The notes: generated by a model not told the origin, from the sequence alone. Positions 30,730-41,274 are shown, counted from the stretch's first letter. The stretch: 64,000 bases of DNA from an uncultured Candidatus Saccharibacteria bacterium (GCA_964560525.1 CAZLLO010000003.1:9585-73584); one strand, 5' to 3'. Numbers and translations: made by a program.

Positions 30730-33027
30730 ATGTTAAGAGATGATAAAACAATAGAGAAAAGGAAATTAAATATTCCTACAATTCAAAAATATTTGTTCTT
30801 TGCGATGTTGGCGATAGTTCCATTCGCAATTATGCCTTTCCCTTGGGATTGGACTGAACGCAGTATGTCCCTTGTAATACTTTTAATAGCTACGGTAATT
30901 GTAGGCTTAGAGTTTGTGAAGCTAATATGGGAAGGCAAAGTTACATTTCTAAAGAGTACTTTAGATGGGGGTATCTTAGCTGTTCTTGTATCTTTAATAC
31001 TTTCAACTATCTTTTCAAGAGATGTTAACACAAGTTTATGGGGTGCCGATGGGAGATTAGGCTCTGGAATAATAGTATTTGTAACTATAATTCTTGTTTG
31101 TTTGTGTGCCAGAACATTTATTAAGAGTCTAAAAGAGATAAAAACAGGACTAATGATTCTTGTGATGAGTTTTACAGTTATAAATATCCTAAGCATTTTT
31201 TCATTCTTAGGGGTAAATGTATGGGGATTCTTACCAATCTACAAGAACCTATCACAGGTGGGATTACCATTATTAAGATCTTCAAAAGTACACCTTTTAA
31301 TCAACTTTATTCTCTTGATAGTAGATTGGGGCTTTATTGTAGATTACATAACTAACAAAGAAGGAAAACGTACATCATTTACATTAGCAATAATCGCAGC
31401 ATCCCTCTCTGCTGTTAATGTATGGATTTTCTCGATAAACCAAGGGATAGGTATGATTCTACTCTTTGTGCTATTAATGGCGACTTTATGGTTCTTTGGA
31501 TTAAGAAAACTTAAGGTGAGTGGTGTAATTTCTAGGGATATCGTAATAAGTATGATATCAATATTGCTCGTAGTGATAATCCCAACTGTTGTACTTTTAA
31601 TTCCTACTTTGAGAAATATTATTTTACCAAAGAGTGTCAACCTTGTTGCGCAGGTTTCCTTAGGAGCAGATGTTTCTTGGATTGTAGCTGCATCCGTCTT
31701 TGTGACATCATTTGGAAGAGGGCTACTCGGAATGGGAGTAGATACTTATGCAATGTCATACAACTTGTTAAGACCTCTTAGTACGAGTCTTTTGGAATAT
31801 AATAATGTTAATTTCTACTATGCTGGTAGTGAGGTTTTCACCAAATTTGCAAATGGTGGATTTGTATGGCTTCTTGCATGGGGTGTTTTGGGTTTTGTAA
31901 TTATCAAAACCATAGTAAAGGATATGGGGAAAGCAAAGATATACAAAGAGGATGCAGAAGGTAGTTGGTATCTATTACTGCTTGATTTTGTAATTCTTTA
32001 CATTTTCCTGTCATCGTTCTTTACAGCATTTAATGTTCTTGTTGTATTAATTCTCATACTTCTAGTTGCTTTAAGGTCTATTCTTCTTGAGAACCTAAGT
32101 AAGGGCACAGAATCAAAGTTTGTACTAAAGTTATGGACAGCAAACGTCTCTCCTGAGAGTGAGAACGGTAAAGGGACATACAATCTTAATATTGTCTTAA
32201 CAGTATTAGTTGCATGTTTAACCACAGGAGCTTTTGGTCTATGGGTTTCAAAAACTGTTTCTAGTGTCTTTATGCTTAAAGCCGAATCTTTCTATGTAGA
32301 GCAAAATGCAAAGTACAAGGATACAACACCAACATTGGAACAAAGAGAAGCTTTCGTTGCTTCCATGGCTCATTTCTATTCTCAAGCTGCGAAGTTTGAT
32401 AGTGCCGATCCATTAGTAAATAGAAAGACAGGAACTATGTATCTTGAAATGGTTGGAATAGCTGCAGAAAAGTATACAAATGGGGAAAACTCAGACACTC
32501 AGAAAGCAGATCTAATAACTAGTGTGGGTAAATGGAAGAATTATGCTTTAGACTATACTAGGAAAAGCATAGACACAGACAACGCAATGTATGTTAACTG
32601 GGAAGCTAGAGTACAGGTCTATATGGGTCTTGTAGGTATGGGTTTCAATGACTATGCTTCCGATGCTTTGTATTCATTGAATAAAGCTCTGGAACTAAAT
32701 CCATTAAACTATGAACTATACTACAGTAAAGCACAGATCTATGTGGTGAATAAGGATAATGACTCTGCACTTTCAGCATTAACTCAGGCCTTAGGAATCA
32801 ATGCAAAACATATTCCTTCTGTGCTTCTAGCTGCAGATATTAATAAACAAAAGGGAAATACTGCTGTATATGAGTCATACTTAAAAGCTGCTAAGAAAAT
32901 CTTAGAAAATAGCGGACAGACGGATACAGATGTATACAAAGAAGTTTCCAAGAAGCTTAATGAGATATCCTCAAGTACAAATCCTAGCACCAATACGCAA
33001 ACTGAGACGAAAACTAAAACTGAGTAA
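30730..33027 (+). CDS. Polytopic membrane protein, O-antigen-ligase/oligosaccharyltransferase-like, with C-terminal TPR domain
   Basis: About 13 TM helices, SLWGADGRLGSG and GLLGMGVDTY loop motifs, TPR-like ALELNPLNYELYYSKAQIY. Confidence 0.6.
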   Translation: MLRDDKTIEKRKLNIPTIQKYLFFAMLAIVPFAIMPFPWDWTERSMSLVILLIATVIVGLEFVKLIWEGKVTFLKSTLDGGILAVLVSLILSTIFSRDVNTSLWGADGRLGSGIIVFVTIILVCLCARTFIKSLKEIKTGLMILVMSFTVINILSIFSFLGVNVWGFLPIYKNLSQVGLPLLRSSKVHLLINFILLIVDWGFIVDYITNKEGKRTSFTLAIIAASLSAVNVWIFSINQGIGMILLFVLLMATLWFFGLRKLKVSGVISRDIVISMISILLVVIIPTVVLLIPTLRNIILPKSVNLVAQVSLGADVSWIVAASVFVTSFGRGLLGMGVDTYAMSYNLLRPLSTSLLEYNNVNFYYAGSEVFTKFANGGFVWLLAWGVLGFVIIKTIVKDMGKAKIYKEDAEGSWYLLLLDFVILYIFLSSFFTAFNVLVVLILILLVALRSILLENLSKGTESKFVLKLWTANVSPESENGKGTYNLNIVLTVLVACLTTGAFGLWVSKTVSSVFMLKAESFYVEQNAKYKDTTPTLEQREAFVASMAHFYSQAAKFDSADPLVNRKTGTMYLEMVGIAAEKYTNGENSDTQKADLITSVGKWKNYALDYTRKSIDTDNAMYVNWEARVQVYMGLVGMGFNDYASDALYSLNKALELNPLNYELYYSKAQIYVVNKDNDSALSALTQALGINAKHIPSVLLAADINKQKGNTAVYESYLKAAKKILENSGQTDTDVYKEVSKKLNEISSSTNPSTNTQTETKTKTE

Positions 33028-33029
33028 TA

Positions 33030-33731
33030 TTAGAAATGAGGTTTCCCTCTAAATAGGCATAGGGCATTTATGGGAGTTTCAGTACCATAGGTATCTTTTA
33101 AGACTTTTGTAATTCTTTCTAAAGTTCCTCCAGTAGTTATGACATCATCAAGGAGTGTAATGCTCTTGTATTTGGAAATATTAATTTTGCAATTTACGTA
33201 AAAATTATTAGAAGAGTTTAATCTCTCAGATTTACTTTTAGATGCCTGATGTTCCAACTTGGACTTGCAGGCTAGTAAATTAGTACTCATATCTAAATGA
33301 AAGTGGTTGCTAATTCTTCTTGATATATATACCATCTGATTGAAACCTCTTTCTGACATTCTCAAAGTAGAAATTGGAACAGGAACTAACAGTGTATTTG
33401 GTACCAATTTACAAGTACTAGATTTCAAAAAAGTATCTAAGAAGAAATCTGCGATATTTTCTCTCATATCGTATACATTTTTGTATTTATACTGTTTTAT
33501 GAATCTTGAAGACACCTTGTTATATTCCCAAGCAACATATACCCAATCAAGGGAGTATTTTTTCTTGCACTGGGGATGTGTTGTATAATTACCCGATATG
33601 CGGCGACATATATAGCATTCAGGGATATTGTATTTAAAGATCTTTCTACAATTAACACATAGATATGCTCCAGGCCTAGTACATACAATACATGATGGAG
33701 GGAATATAATGTTTAAAAAACTATTTCTCAT
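33030..33731 (-). CDS. comF: ComF family competence protein (zinc ribbon + PRTase fold)
   Basis: FPPSCIVC..CVNC..CYIC, LVPVP, ERGFNQ, LLDDVITTGGTL. Confidence 0.9.
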   Translation of the reverse strand: MRNSFLNIIFPPSCIVCTRPGAYLCVNCRKIFKYNIPECYICRRISGNYTTHPQCKKKYSLDWVYVAWEYNKVSSRFIKQYKYKNVYDMRENIADFFLDTFLKSSTCKLVPNTLLVPVPISTLRMSERGFNQMVYISRRISNHFHLDMSTNLLACKSKLEHQASKSKSERLNSSNNFYVNCKINISKYKSITLLDDVITTGGTLERITKVLKDTYGTETPINALCLFRGKPHF

Positions 33732-33827
33732 TCAAATAGGATAGAATATATAGATTAAAATCAAATGAATTGATAAAAATATCAGATTAAATTATGATAT
33801 TAGTCACATAATTTGCACCAGAATAGT

Positions 33828-35618
33828 ATGAAAAAGCTAGAGATTAACAAGAACGGACTCCTTTTTGTAATGAGTATCCTTTTGGTCACTAAGATTCTTG
33901 GCTTTATTAAACTAAGAACCATTGCACAGCTCTTCGGTGTTTCTCACGAGTTAGATATCTTTTGGGCAGCCTTTACGATACCAGATATGCTATTTACAAT
34001 TCTTGTAGCTGGCTCAATTAATGCTGCGATAATTCCCATATTCTCAGAGGTACTTTACAAAGATGGTAAAGACAGATTAGATAGCTTCTTCAATAAACTA
34101 AGTCTTGTACTTTCCTTTACAGTTGTTTTTGTAGCGACAATCTTTTTCATATTTACTCCTCAGATAACTAATTTCATAGTAAATTCGGATACATTACAGA
34201 AGATGTTGGACTTCTCCCAGAAGATCAGCCCTGCAGACTTCAATTTGTTTGTACAGCTTACAAGATTGATGCTACTATCCCCAATTTTATTGGCTGTAAG
34301 TAGTCTCATAACAGCATATCTACAAGTAAAGAAACAATTCTTTGTAACTTTCTTAGCGCCTCTTTTTTACAATCTAGCTTTCATAATAGGGCCAGTGATA
34401 TTTGTAGTATTTCTTAAACAGGGAGTAGAAGGAATCGCATTGTCTGCAGTATTAGGATCTCTATTACATTTGGTGATTCAAATTCCAACCTTTATCAAAC
34501 ACTACGAGGGTAGATACTCTCTGTCTTTGAAAACGCTGAAAGATGCAATTCAAGACTCAAAAGTGATGAAAGCTTTCAAGCTTGCAATCCCAAGAACCAT
34601 TGCCATCATAGGAGAGCAGATTAATAGTGTTGTAAATACATTAATAAGTTTTTCTCTTGCTGCAGGAGCATTAAGTTCATATAGATTTGCATTAAGTTTG
34701 CATCAGTTTCCAATAAATATCATAGGTAGTGCTGTTGCACAATTAGCTCTTCCAGATCTGTCACAATATAGCGATATTGAACATAGAGAGAAGTTTACTA
34801 AGATTCTTAATAAATCTGTTCAGTTTGCATTGTATTTAGTTCTTCCAATTATTGGAATATTTGTGATATTGAGACTGCCAATTGTTCGTCTTGTATATGG
34901 TTCTGGTGCTTTCGACTGGAGAGCAACTATTCTAACTGCATGGTGTTTAGTCCTACTAGTATTCTCTATCTTAGGTCAAACTGTAGCTCAGATTATACTT
35001 CGAGCTTTCTATGCTTTAAAGGAGACATGGATGCCATTGGTTGCTATTGCAATCAGTATTGTAATAAATATCATTCTCGCATATTACCTTACTAACTTTT
35101 TTAGTCATTACTATGATTGGAGGCCAATTGTACAACAGATGTTTTCCCAGATATCAAATGCTGATGGGGTGGGATTCTGGCATGTGTTTAAATCCTTCTT
35201 GCAAGATTTTGTTCGATGGTCATCTTCTAGAGGAGATTCTGATATGGCAGTAGGAGGATTATCCTTAGCATTGGGACTCTCGTATGTTGTAGAAGTGGTA
35301 ATGCTGTATATACTGCTAAATATAAAGACGAAGATTGTTACGTGGAATAATACGGTAAGGCCATTCCTTGTTAAGCTCTTAAACACAATCTTGATGATAA
35401 TTGGTATGTATTTTGTATTCAAACTCTTTGACTTCAAACTAGATACTACCCATACGGTATCAATAATCATTCTTACTGTAGTTACTTCCTTGTACGGAGT
35501 GTTTTCGTATTGGGTAGGCTCTAGAGTATTCAAAATACCAGAAGTCTATGTATTCGAAAATTGGATAAAACGAAAAATTATTAAAATATTTAAAAAGGAG
35601 AATGAAGAAATTTCTTAA
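33828..35618 (+). CDS. murJ: Lipid II flippase MurJ/MviN
   Basis: KILGFIKLR..FGVSHELDIFWAAFTIPD, GSINAAIIP, FYNL, LRAFYALKETWMP. Confidence 0.9.
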   Translation: MKKLEINKNGLLFVMSILLVTKILGFIKLRTIAQLFGVSHELDIFWAAFTIPDMLFTILVAGSINAAIIPIFSEVLYKDGKDRLDSFFNKLSLVLSFTVVFVATIFFIFTPQITNFIVNSDTLQKMLDFSQKISPADFNLFVQLTRLMLLSPILLAVSSLITAYLQVKKQFFVTFLAPLFYNLAFIIGPVIFVVFLKQGVEGIALSAVLGSLLHLVIQIPTFIKHYEGRYSLSLKTLKDAIQDSKVMKAFKLAIPRTIAIIGEQINSVVNTLISFSLAAGALSSYRFALSLHQFPINIIGSAVAQLALPDLSQYSDIEHREKFTKILNKSVQFALYLVLPIIGIFVILRLPIVRLVYGSGAFDWRATILTAWCLVLLVFSILGQTVAQIILRAFYALKETWMPLVAIAISIVINIILAYYLTNFFSHYYDWRPIVQQMFSQISNADGVGFWHVFKSFLQDFVRWSSSRGDSDMAVGGLSLALGLSYVVEVVMLYILLNIKTKIVTWNNTVRPFLVKLLNTILMIIGMYFVFKLFDFKLDTTHTVSIIILTVVTSLYGVFSYWVGSRVFKIPEVYVFENWIKRKIIKIFKKENEEIS

Positions 35619-36192
35619 AATCTTTTTTTTAGTATTGTTAGTCTTAATTGTTACAGCAATTGCATATCCCATTGTTTCCTACCTACTTTGGCAGAAAGGA
35701 TTTACAGCACAAATACCCCAGATGAAATGTATGAGTAACGTATCAGAGGAAATATCCCTAGATGAGAAATTTAAGAGTTTTGTACTTTCTGATGATGAAA
35801 CCACTTTCGTTGAGTTATCAGAAGACGAGGTGTTGTCTCTTTTGAAGAATACAAACATTCTTAATGGTGCAAATATTCAAAATATATGTCTAATCCCAGC
35901 AAAAGGTGTTTGGGGATTGTATGCAAAAGTTACTATTCAAGATATCAACCTCCCATGGGTTAGATTGGATGTCGCAAAGGATAATATGGAGTCAGCTCAA
36001 TTGTATGTAAGAGAAATATACATTGGAAAATTCTTGTTACCCACTAAAATTTCTGGAAATATTAAGACCCAGTTAAACAAGGGGATAAGTGATGCTTTAA
36101 CTTTGGTGAATGAAAACAACTTCATAGGCAGAAAGATCCAAAATATCGAGCTTTTAGATTCTACAATAGTAGTAAAGGGTTTTCTCGAATAA
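35602..36192 (+). CDS. Hypothetical membrane-anchored protein
   Basis: N-terminal basic + hydrophobic segment; overlaps the murJ stop. Confidence 0.7.
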   Translation: MKKFLKIFFLVLLVLIVTAIAYPIVSYLLWQKGFTAQIPQMKCMSNVSEEISLDEKFKSFVLSDDETTFVELSEDEVLSLLKNTNILNGANIQNICLIPAKGVWGLYAKVTIQDINLPWVRLDVAKDNMESAQLYVREIYIGKFLLPTKISGNIKTQLNKGISDALTLVNENNFIGRKIQNIELLDSTIVVKGFLE

Positions 36193-36197
36193 ATATC

Positions 36198-36225
36198 TTG
36201 ACATAGTTGCAGACTGTGATAGAAT
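36198..36225 (+). promoter_or_regulatory. Sigma-70 promoter of groES-groEL
   Basis: TTGACA-16 nt-TAGAAT with extended -10 TG. Confidence 0.8.
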
Positions 36226-36226
36226 T

Positions 36227-36253
36227 TTAGCAATCGTTAAATTTATCTGCTAA
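36227..36253 (+). promoter_or_regulatory. CIRCE operator (HrcA site), variant
   Basis: TTAGCAATC-N9-ATCTGCTAA, 5 nt before the groES ATG. Confidence 0.85.
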
Positions 36254-36258
36254 GTATC

Positions 36259-36558
36259 ATGCCAGAAAAAACAAAAATTCAGCCACTTGGAAAACGCGTA
36301 TTAGTACAACCTGATGAAGTAGAGCAGGTTACAAAAGGTGGGTTAGTTTTACCTCCTAGCGCTGGAGATGATAAAAGACCAGCCATGGGAACAATCTTAA
36401 CTCTTGGTGTAGGTAAAAGAAAAGGTGAAGATGTTAAATTCGATGTTAAGGTTGGAGATAGAATATATTTCAAAAAATATGCACCAGAAGAGATAGAGAT
36501 GGATAACAAGAAATATCTACTCTTAGATGTAGATGATATTCTAGCAATCATAAAATAA
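36259..36558 (+). CDS. groES: Co-chaperonin GroES
   Basis: IQPLGKRVLV, TKGGLVLP, VKVGDRIYF, DILAII. Confidence 0.97.
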   Translation: MPEKTKIQPLGKRVLVQPDEVEQVTKGGLVLPPSAGDDKRPAMGTILTLGVGKRKGEDVKFDVKVGDRIYFKKYAPEEIEMDNKKYLLLDVDDILAIIK

Positions 36559-36581
36559 CTTAAATTTAAACTCGTACTCAT

Positions 36582-38204
36582 ATGTCAAAATCAATCATAT
36601 ACAACGAAGAGGCAAGAAAAGCTCTCAAAGCAGGTGTAGATACAATCTCTAATGTTGTTAAAACAACTCTTGGTCCCAAAGGTAGAAATGTAGCTATTGC
36701 TAAAAGCTTTGGTTCTCAAATAATTACTAAGGATGGTGTAACTGTTGCAAAAGAAATTGAAGACAAGGATCCATTTAAAAATGTTGGTGTAGAGATGATA
36801 AAAGAGGCTGCAAACAAAGTAAACGATCTCGCAGGAGATGGTACAACCACAGTTGCAGTTCTTGCTCAAGCTATAGCTAATGCGGGCTTTAGAAATGTCT
36901 CTGCAGGTGCTAATCCAATTGCAATTAAAAGAGGTTTGGATAAAGGAACAGAAATGATTGTCAAAGAATTAACTAAGTCAGCAAAGAAGATTTCTAAGAA
37001 AGAAGAAATCTCTCAGGTAGCTACAATATCTACAAATAATGATAAGGAGCTAGGAGAAATGATAGGTGGTGTGTTTGAGAAAATTGGTAAAGATGGAGTT
37101 ATAACTGTTGAAGAAGCAAAAGGATTTGCAGATGAGGTTGAATATACAGAAGGTATGGAATTTGATAATGGATATGTAAGTGCATACTTTGTTACAGATA
37201 GGGAAACATTGGAAGCGAATATGGAAAATCCATATATCTTTGTTACGGACAAGAAACTTTCCAATCTTCAAGATATTCAAGCAATTGCAGAGAAAGTCTT
37301 AAGTGCAGCAGATAGACCATTGGTAATTATTGCTGATGATATTGAGAATCAGGCATTAGCAACATTGGTTGTAAATAAATTAAGAGGTACTCTTGATGTT
37401 GTAGCTGTTAAGGCTCCAGGGTTCGGTGATAGGAAGAAAGAAATGCTTAAAGATATTGCAGTGCTCACGGGTGCAAAATTTGTATCGGAAGAATTAGGCA
37501 ATACTTTAGAATCAGTTGAACTTGCAGATTTAGGTTCTGCAAAGAAAGTTTTAGTAACAAAAGAAAAGACAATCATTGTTGAAGGGAAGGGCTTAAAAGA
37601 AGAAGTTGAGGGTAGGATTAAAGAAATTAAAGCACAAATAGAGAAGACAACTTCTGATTATGATAAGGAGAAGTTACATGAAAGATTAGCTAAACTAGAT
37701 GGTGGCGTTGCAGTAATTCAAGTTGGTGCTGCTTCCGAAGTAGAAGCTAAGGAAAAGAAACAGAGAATAGAAGATGCTATAAATGCTACACGTGCAGCTA
37801 TTGAAGAGGGTGTTGTTGCTGGTGGTGGTTTGGCTTTGCATAATGCTAAATCAGTTTTAGAGGATGTAAAGCTTGATGATGTTGATGAGCAGATGGGTAT
37901 TGAAATTCTTAAATCCGTATTAAGTGAGCCTTTAAAACAGATTGCTGAAAATGCGGGAGAGGATGGTGCTGTAGTTGCAGCCAACTGTCATGATAGCATA
38001 GGGTATAATGCTAAGACAGGTGAGTATGTAGACATGATTAAATCTGGAATTATAGACCCTGTTAAGGTAACAAGATTAGCATTAGTTAATGCTGCTTCTG
38101 TTGGTACGATGTTAATAACTACAGAAGCTGTTGTAGCAGACCTACCAGAAGAAAAGGATAAGCCAACCATGTCCCCAGATATGGGAATGGGTGGGATGAT
38201 GTAA
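36582..38204 (+). CDS. groEL: Chaperonin GroEL
   Basis: [38 protein letters not shown] tail. Confidence 0.99.
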   Translation: MSKSIIYNEEARKALKAGVDTISNVVKTTLGPKGRNVAIAKSFGSQIITKDGVTVAKEIEDKDPFKNVGVEMIKEAANKVNDLAGDGTTTVAVLAQAIANAGFRNVSAGANPIAIKRGLDKGTEMIVKELTKSAKKISKKEEISQVATISTNNDKELGEMIGGVFEKIGKDGVITVEEAKGFADEVEYTEGMEFDNGYVSAYFVTDRETLEANMENPYIFVTDKKLSNLQDIQAIAEKVLSAADRPLVIIADDIENQALATLVVNKLRGTLDVVAVKAPGFGDRKKEMLKDIAVLTGAKFVSEELGNTLESVELADLGSAKKVLVTKEKTIIVEGKGLKEEVEGRIKEIKAQIEKTTSDYDKEKLHERLAKLDGGVAVIQVGAASEVEAKEKKQRIEDAINATRAAIEEGVVAGGGLALHNAKSVLEDVKLDDVDEQMGIEILKSVLSEPLKQIAENAGEDGAVVAANCHDSIGYNAKTGEYVDMIKSGIIDPVKVTRLALVNAASVGTMLITTEAVVADLPEEKDKPTMSPDMGMGGMM

Positions 38205-38226
38205 TCCATATTTACGTCTGATTTAG

Positions 38227-38255
38227 AGGAGGAGGTGAAAGCCTCCTCTTTCTTT
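38227..38255 (+). terminator. Intrinsic terminator after groEL
   Basis: GAGGAGGT-GAAA-GCCTCCTC then TTTCTTT. Confidence 0.85.
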
Positions 38256-38321
38256 CTATTGCAGTATTTATAGGGTTAATATATATTTTATAGAGTGTTC
38301 TAACTTACTTGCCTGAAGAAA

Positions 38322-39332
38322 ATGCCCATTAAATATAAGGTTGCATTATTTTTAATAACTTTTCTATTTCTATTCCTTGCAAAGCCAACTTCGTCTTATG
38401 CTGATGAGTTAACACATCCTCCAGTTGTAACATCAATAACAGGTCCTACAACGGGCTATTATGGCCAAACATATGATTTTACAACAGCTGCTACAGCAGG
38501 GGATGGATACACAATCACGACTTTGTATTTGCAAGATGATGGTGATACTTTTTCTAGTAAATCTGCTGGCACTAGTGGGTGCACAGGAACAGATTGCTCA
38601 TTTACTGGAAGCTTTACTCCTCCAACCACAGGTACTTTTGTAATACATGCTGCTGCTGGATATACCAATGGGGCGAATTCTGATACATGTAACTCCTATT
38701 CTGAAGATGCCGTTATTGATTGCCAAAATTCTGGAGATGAATATATAACGTTCACAGTTTTAGCCGCCCCAACCACACCAATGGTAACATCACTTACAGG
38801 ACCGACTACAGGAGTAGTTGGAAATACATATTCATTTTCTTCTGTAATTACTTCTCTCTCAGGATTGGAAATATCATATGGTTTTATATCAGAAAATAAA
38901 AGTTTATCAGCTATGACATCTACTACTGATCTAGTAGAAGGAGAAGCTGGTGTGGACTCAGGTTGTACAGCGTATTCGTGTTCCTTGCTAGCTCATTTTA
39001 CTCCTACAACAGCAGGCACTTACTATATATATTCATCTGCTACGTACAATGGTAGTGAATGTTTTACACACCCAGCTTCAAGTGCGATGTGCTCACACTC
39101 TACAGGAAAATATATAACCTTTGTAGTGACTACAACAGGTGGTGGACAGGGTAGTGGAGATGATGAAGATTTGCCATCTACAGGAATATTCTCAAATCAA
39201 GTTAAAAATATCCTAATTGGTTTAGGATTTATATCATTAGGAATCTTAACAACCCAAACATCTAGAATAATGAATATATTGGGTTTAACAGTTGAGAAAA
39301 AGAAATCAAAATTAGAGAAAAGATTTAAGTAA
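38322..39332 (+). CDS. Secreted surface protein with two Cys-containing Ig/PKD-like repeats and LPSTG sorting signal
   Basis: Signal peptide; repeats starting VTSITGPTTG / VTSLTGPTTG and ending YITFTV / YITFVV; DLPSTG + TM + basic tail. Confidence 0.8.
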   Translation: MPIKYKVALFLITFLFLFLAKPTSSYADELTHPPVVTSITGPTTGYYGQTYDFTTAATAGDGYTITTLYLQDDGDTFSSKSAGTSGCTGTDCSFTGSFTPPTTGTFVIHAAAGYTNGANSDTCNSYSEDAVIDCQNSGDEYITFTVLAAPTTPMVTSLTGPTTGVVGNTYSFSSVITSLSGLEISYGFISENKSLSAMTSTTDLVEGEAGVDSGCTAYSCSLLAHFTPTTAGTYYIYSSATYNGSECFTHPASSAMCSHSTGKYITFVVTTTGGGQGSGDDEDLPSTGIFSNQVKNILIGLGFISLGILTTQTSRIMNILGLTVEKKKSKLEKRFK

Positions 39333-39336
39333 GGTT

Positions 39337-40026
39337 CTATATAAAGACAGATCTTGTTTGATTTACTCTTTTTATTATTCTCATAACGTTTGGCAATACA
39401 ATCTTTCCCATCTCTTTCTCTGTTATCTTACCCGATGGGTTTGGGTTATTTCCCTGTATACGTTGAAACCCCTCGTTTGTTCTATACATGATTTTTCCTT
39501 CTCTTGATTTTGCTTCTTCTCTCCAAAATAGTTCAATCTCAGTATTTGCTATCAGTTGATCTAATCCCAATTTTAAAACTTTATCTGCTTCTTTGCCGTA
39601 ACTCGAATAATAAAGAAGTGAAGGAATGAGCCTTAATACATTAAATGTTGATATTATAAAGGGTCTGCTTAGAGCGTAATTTTCCACTTTTTCAAAAGGT
39701 TCCTCGGGATACAATTCATTTATTCTATTTATCATAAATAAAACGTCTTGGTCACTGCATTCTGTTGTAGCAAAATCTTTTCTCTTTCCATTTTCATCCT
39801 TTGTTAGTATCTCCTTAAGATATTCTCCAATTCCAAAGACTTCTCTTTTTCCGTATTCATTAAAGTCATTTAGAAATCTGGTATAGTTAATCCCTTCTCC
39901 AGAAGGTGTAAGGTATGAATCATCTGGGGAAGCAATTTTCTCCCACACAGAAGGATTCCCGCTTGATTCAGAGAGATATAGATCATTCACAGTTGCTAAA
40001 GCCTTTTCGGAAAGATTTTCGGGCAT
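39337..40026 (-). CDS. Hypothetical protein (229 aa), accessory
   Basis: Long ORF with ATG start; no motif recognised. Confidence 0.7.
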   Translation of the reverse strand: MPENLSEKALATVNDLYLSESSGNPSVWEKIASPDDSYLTPSGEGINYTRFLNDFNEYGKREVFGIGEYLKEILTKDENGKRKDFATTECSDQDVLFMINRINELYPEEPFEKVENYALSRPFIISTFNVLRLIPSLLYYSSYGKEADKVLKLGLDQLIANTEIELFWREEAKSREGKIMYRTNEGFQRIQGNNPNPSGKITEKEMGKIVLPNVMRIIKRVNQTRSVFI

Positions 40027-40065
40027 AGGTTTATCACAATATTTTAGTTCTCCATTATACCATGC

Positions 40066-40590
40066 TTAATACCGAACCTCTTGTGCTAATACCTTTCCTA
40101 AGATATCAATACCCTTAAACGTTTTGATACTTTCAATCTTTAAAACATTATCCTCTTTAATCAAAACCATATCACTAAGATTAATCTCACTATTAGGAGA
40201 AACATATGCAATTCCTTTTGAATTATTAATAACTCCCATATCCAATGCAAATGCTTCAGGATCAATACTCAAAACCCAATCAGGAGCATTGTAGAATAGA
40301 TATGTATTAGATTTGTTAAACACGAAATTGCTAGGAATATCTGTGAATAGGGGTACACGACTAAAGTTCATTCTAATCTTCCCATCTGTTATATCATTTA
40401 ACAAATCGGATGGTGTAGTTTTCAAGGCTTTCGCTAAAGATTCTAACTGGTTTAATGGAGAGCTGACGCCACGTTCATATCTAGAAATCATCTCCCAAGT
40501 CTTACCAATCTTGTCAGCTAGTTGTTGCTGGGTTAGATTCTGTCTCTCACGATATATCTTAATATTCTCACCAATATAATTATTGTTCAT
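40066..40590 (-). CDS. XRE-family HTH regulator with degenerate S24-like C-terminal domain
   Basis: IGENIKIYRERQNLTQQQLADKIG..ISRYERG; RVPLF..EAFAL..ILGKV tail without an evident catalytic Ser. Confidence 0.85.
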   Translation of the reverse strand: MNNNYIGENIKIYRERQNLTQQQLADKIGKTWEMISRYERGVSSPLNQLESLAKALKTTPSDLLNDITDGKIRMNFSRVPLFTDIPSNFVFNKSNTYLFYNAPDWVLSIDPEAFALDMGVINNSKGIAYVSPNSEINLSDMVLIKEDNVLKIESIKTFKGIDILGKVLAQEVRY

Positions 40591-40786
40591 ATATATAGAA
40601 TTGTATTCACATTAAAAAGATTAAAGAATAGAAAGAGAAGTCTTTTAAAAGAACTCGTAGGTCGTATCGTAAGAAAAATGAAAGAAAAATATTTAATACT
40701 TAAGTATGCAAATGATAAAAAATCAATTTTATCTGTACAAAAAGATATTAAAGAAAGAGAAGCTTACAATTAAGGATGTTTCGGCA

Positions 40787-41260
40787 TTAAAAAAACTTGC
40801 CCAAAGGATACACAATATGTAGCCAATTATCTTTTAACCATTTATCTGCCAATTTTTGAGAATCCAGTAATCCTCTTTTGGCTAATTCCTTATTTATGAC
40901 ATTTCCTTGATGAGGCTTATCGAACTGTTTTTCTAAGGGCGAACTAAACCCATGTGCATAATGACATAGCTCATGTGCAATAGTTGCACTAACAACAAAT
41001 TCTGGAATAATTTCGTTTTGGAAATACTTTGTTATAGTAATTACTGTAATTCGTTTATCATCTTGAGCCTCATAATCATCCTGGTTCTTTCTTAACAAAC
41101 TTTTTATCTTTGTATATTCATTAGCTAGTTTAATACTACCTAATTGGCGCTTAGAGTATTTCCCGAACTTGATAAGAACAAGGTTTTTTCTTGGAATATC
41201 GGAGAAGTATTCTTCCCATAAATCATACATTAAATTTTCTAAATATTTTCTATCTCTCAT
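40787..41260 (-). CDS. SprT-like zinc metallopeptidase
   Basis: TIAHELCHY (HExxH) and a downstream PHQG histidine. Confidence 0.7.
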   Translation of the reverse strand: MRDRKYLENLMYDLWEEYFSDIPRKNLVLIKFGKYSKRQLGSIKLANEYTKIKSLLRKNQDDYEAQDDKRITVITITKYFQNEIIPEFVVSATIAHELCHYAHGFSSPLEKQFDKPHQGNVINKELAKRGLLDSQKLADKWLKDNWLHIVYPLGKFF

Positions 41261-41274
41261 GCTATTATATTAGG

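Noticed and set aside
36566-36578. 13-mer TTAAACTCGTACT before both groEL and the 61445 gene (61432-61444)
   Set aside because: Only two copies; 13-mer repeats are expected by chance in 64 kb of AT-rich DNA
41191-41274. Longer start for the ABC transporter
   Set aside because: Overlaps the divergent SprT-like gene; ATG 41275 has a -10 box at leaderless distance
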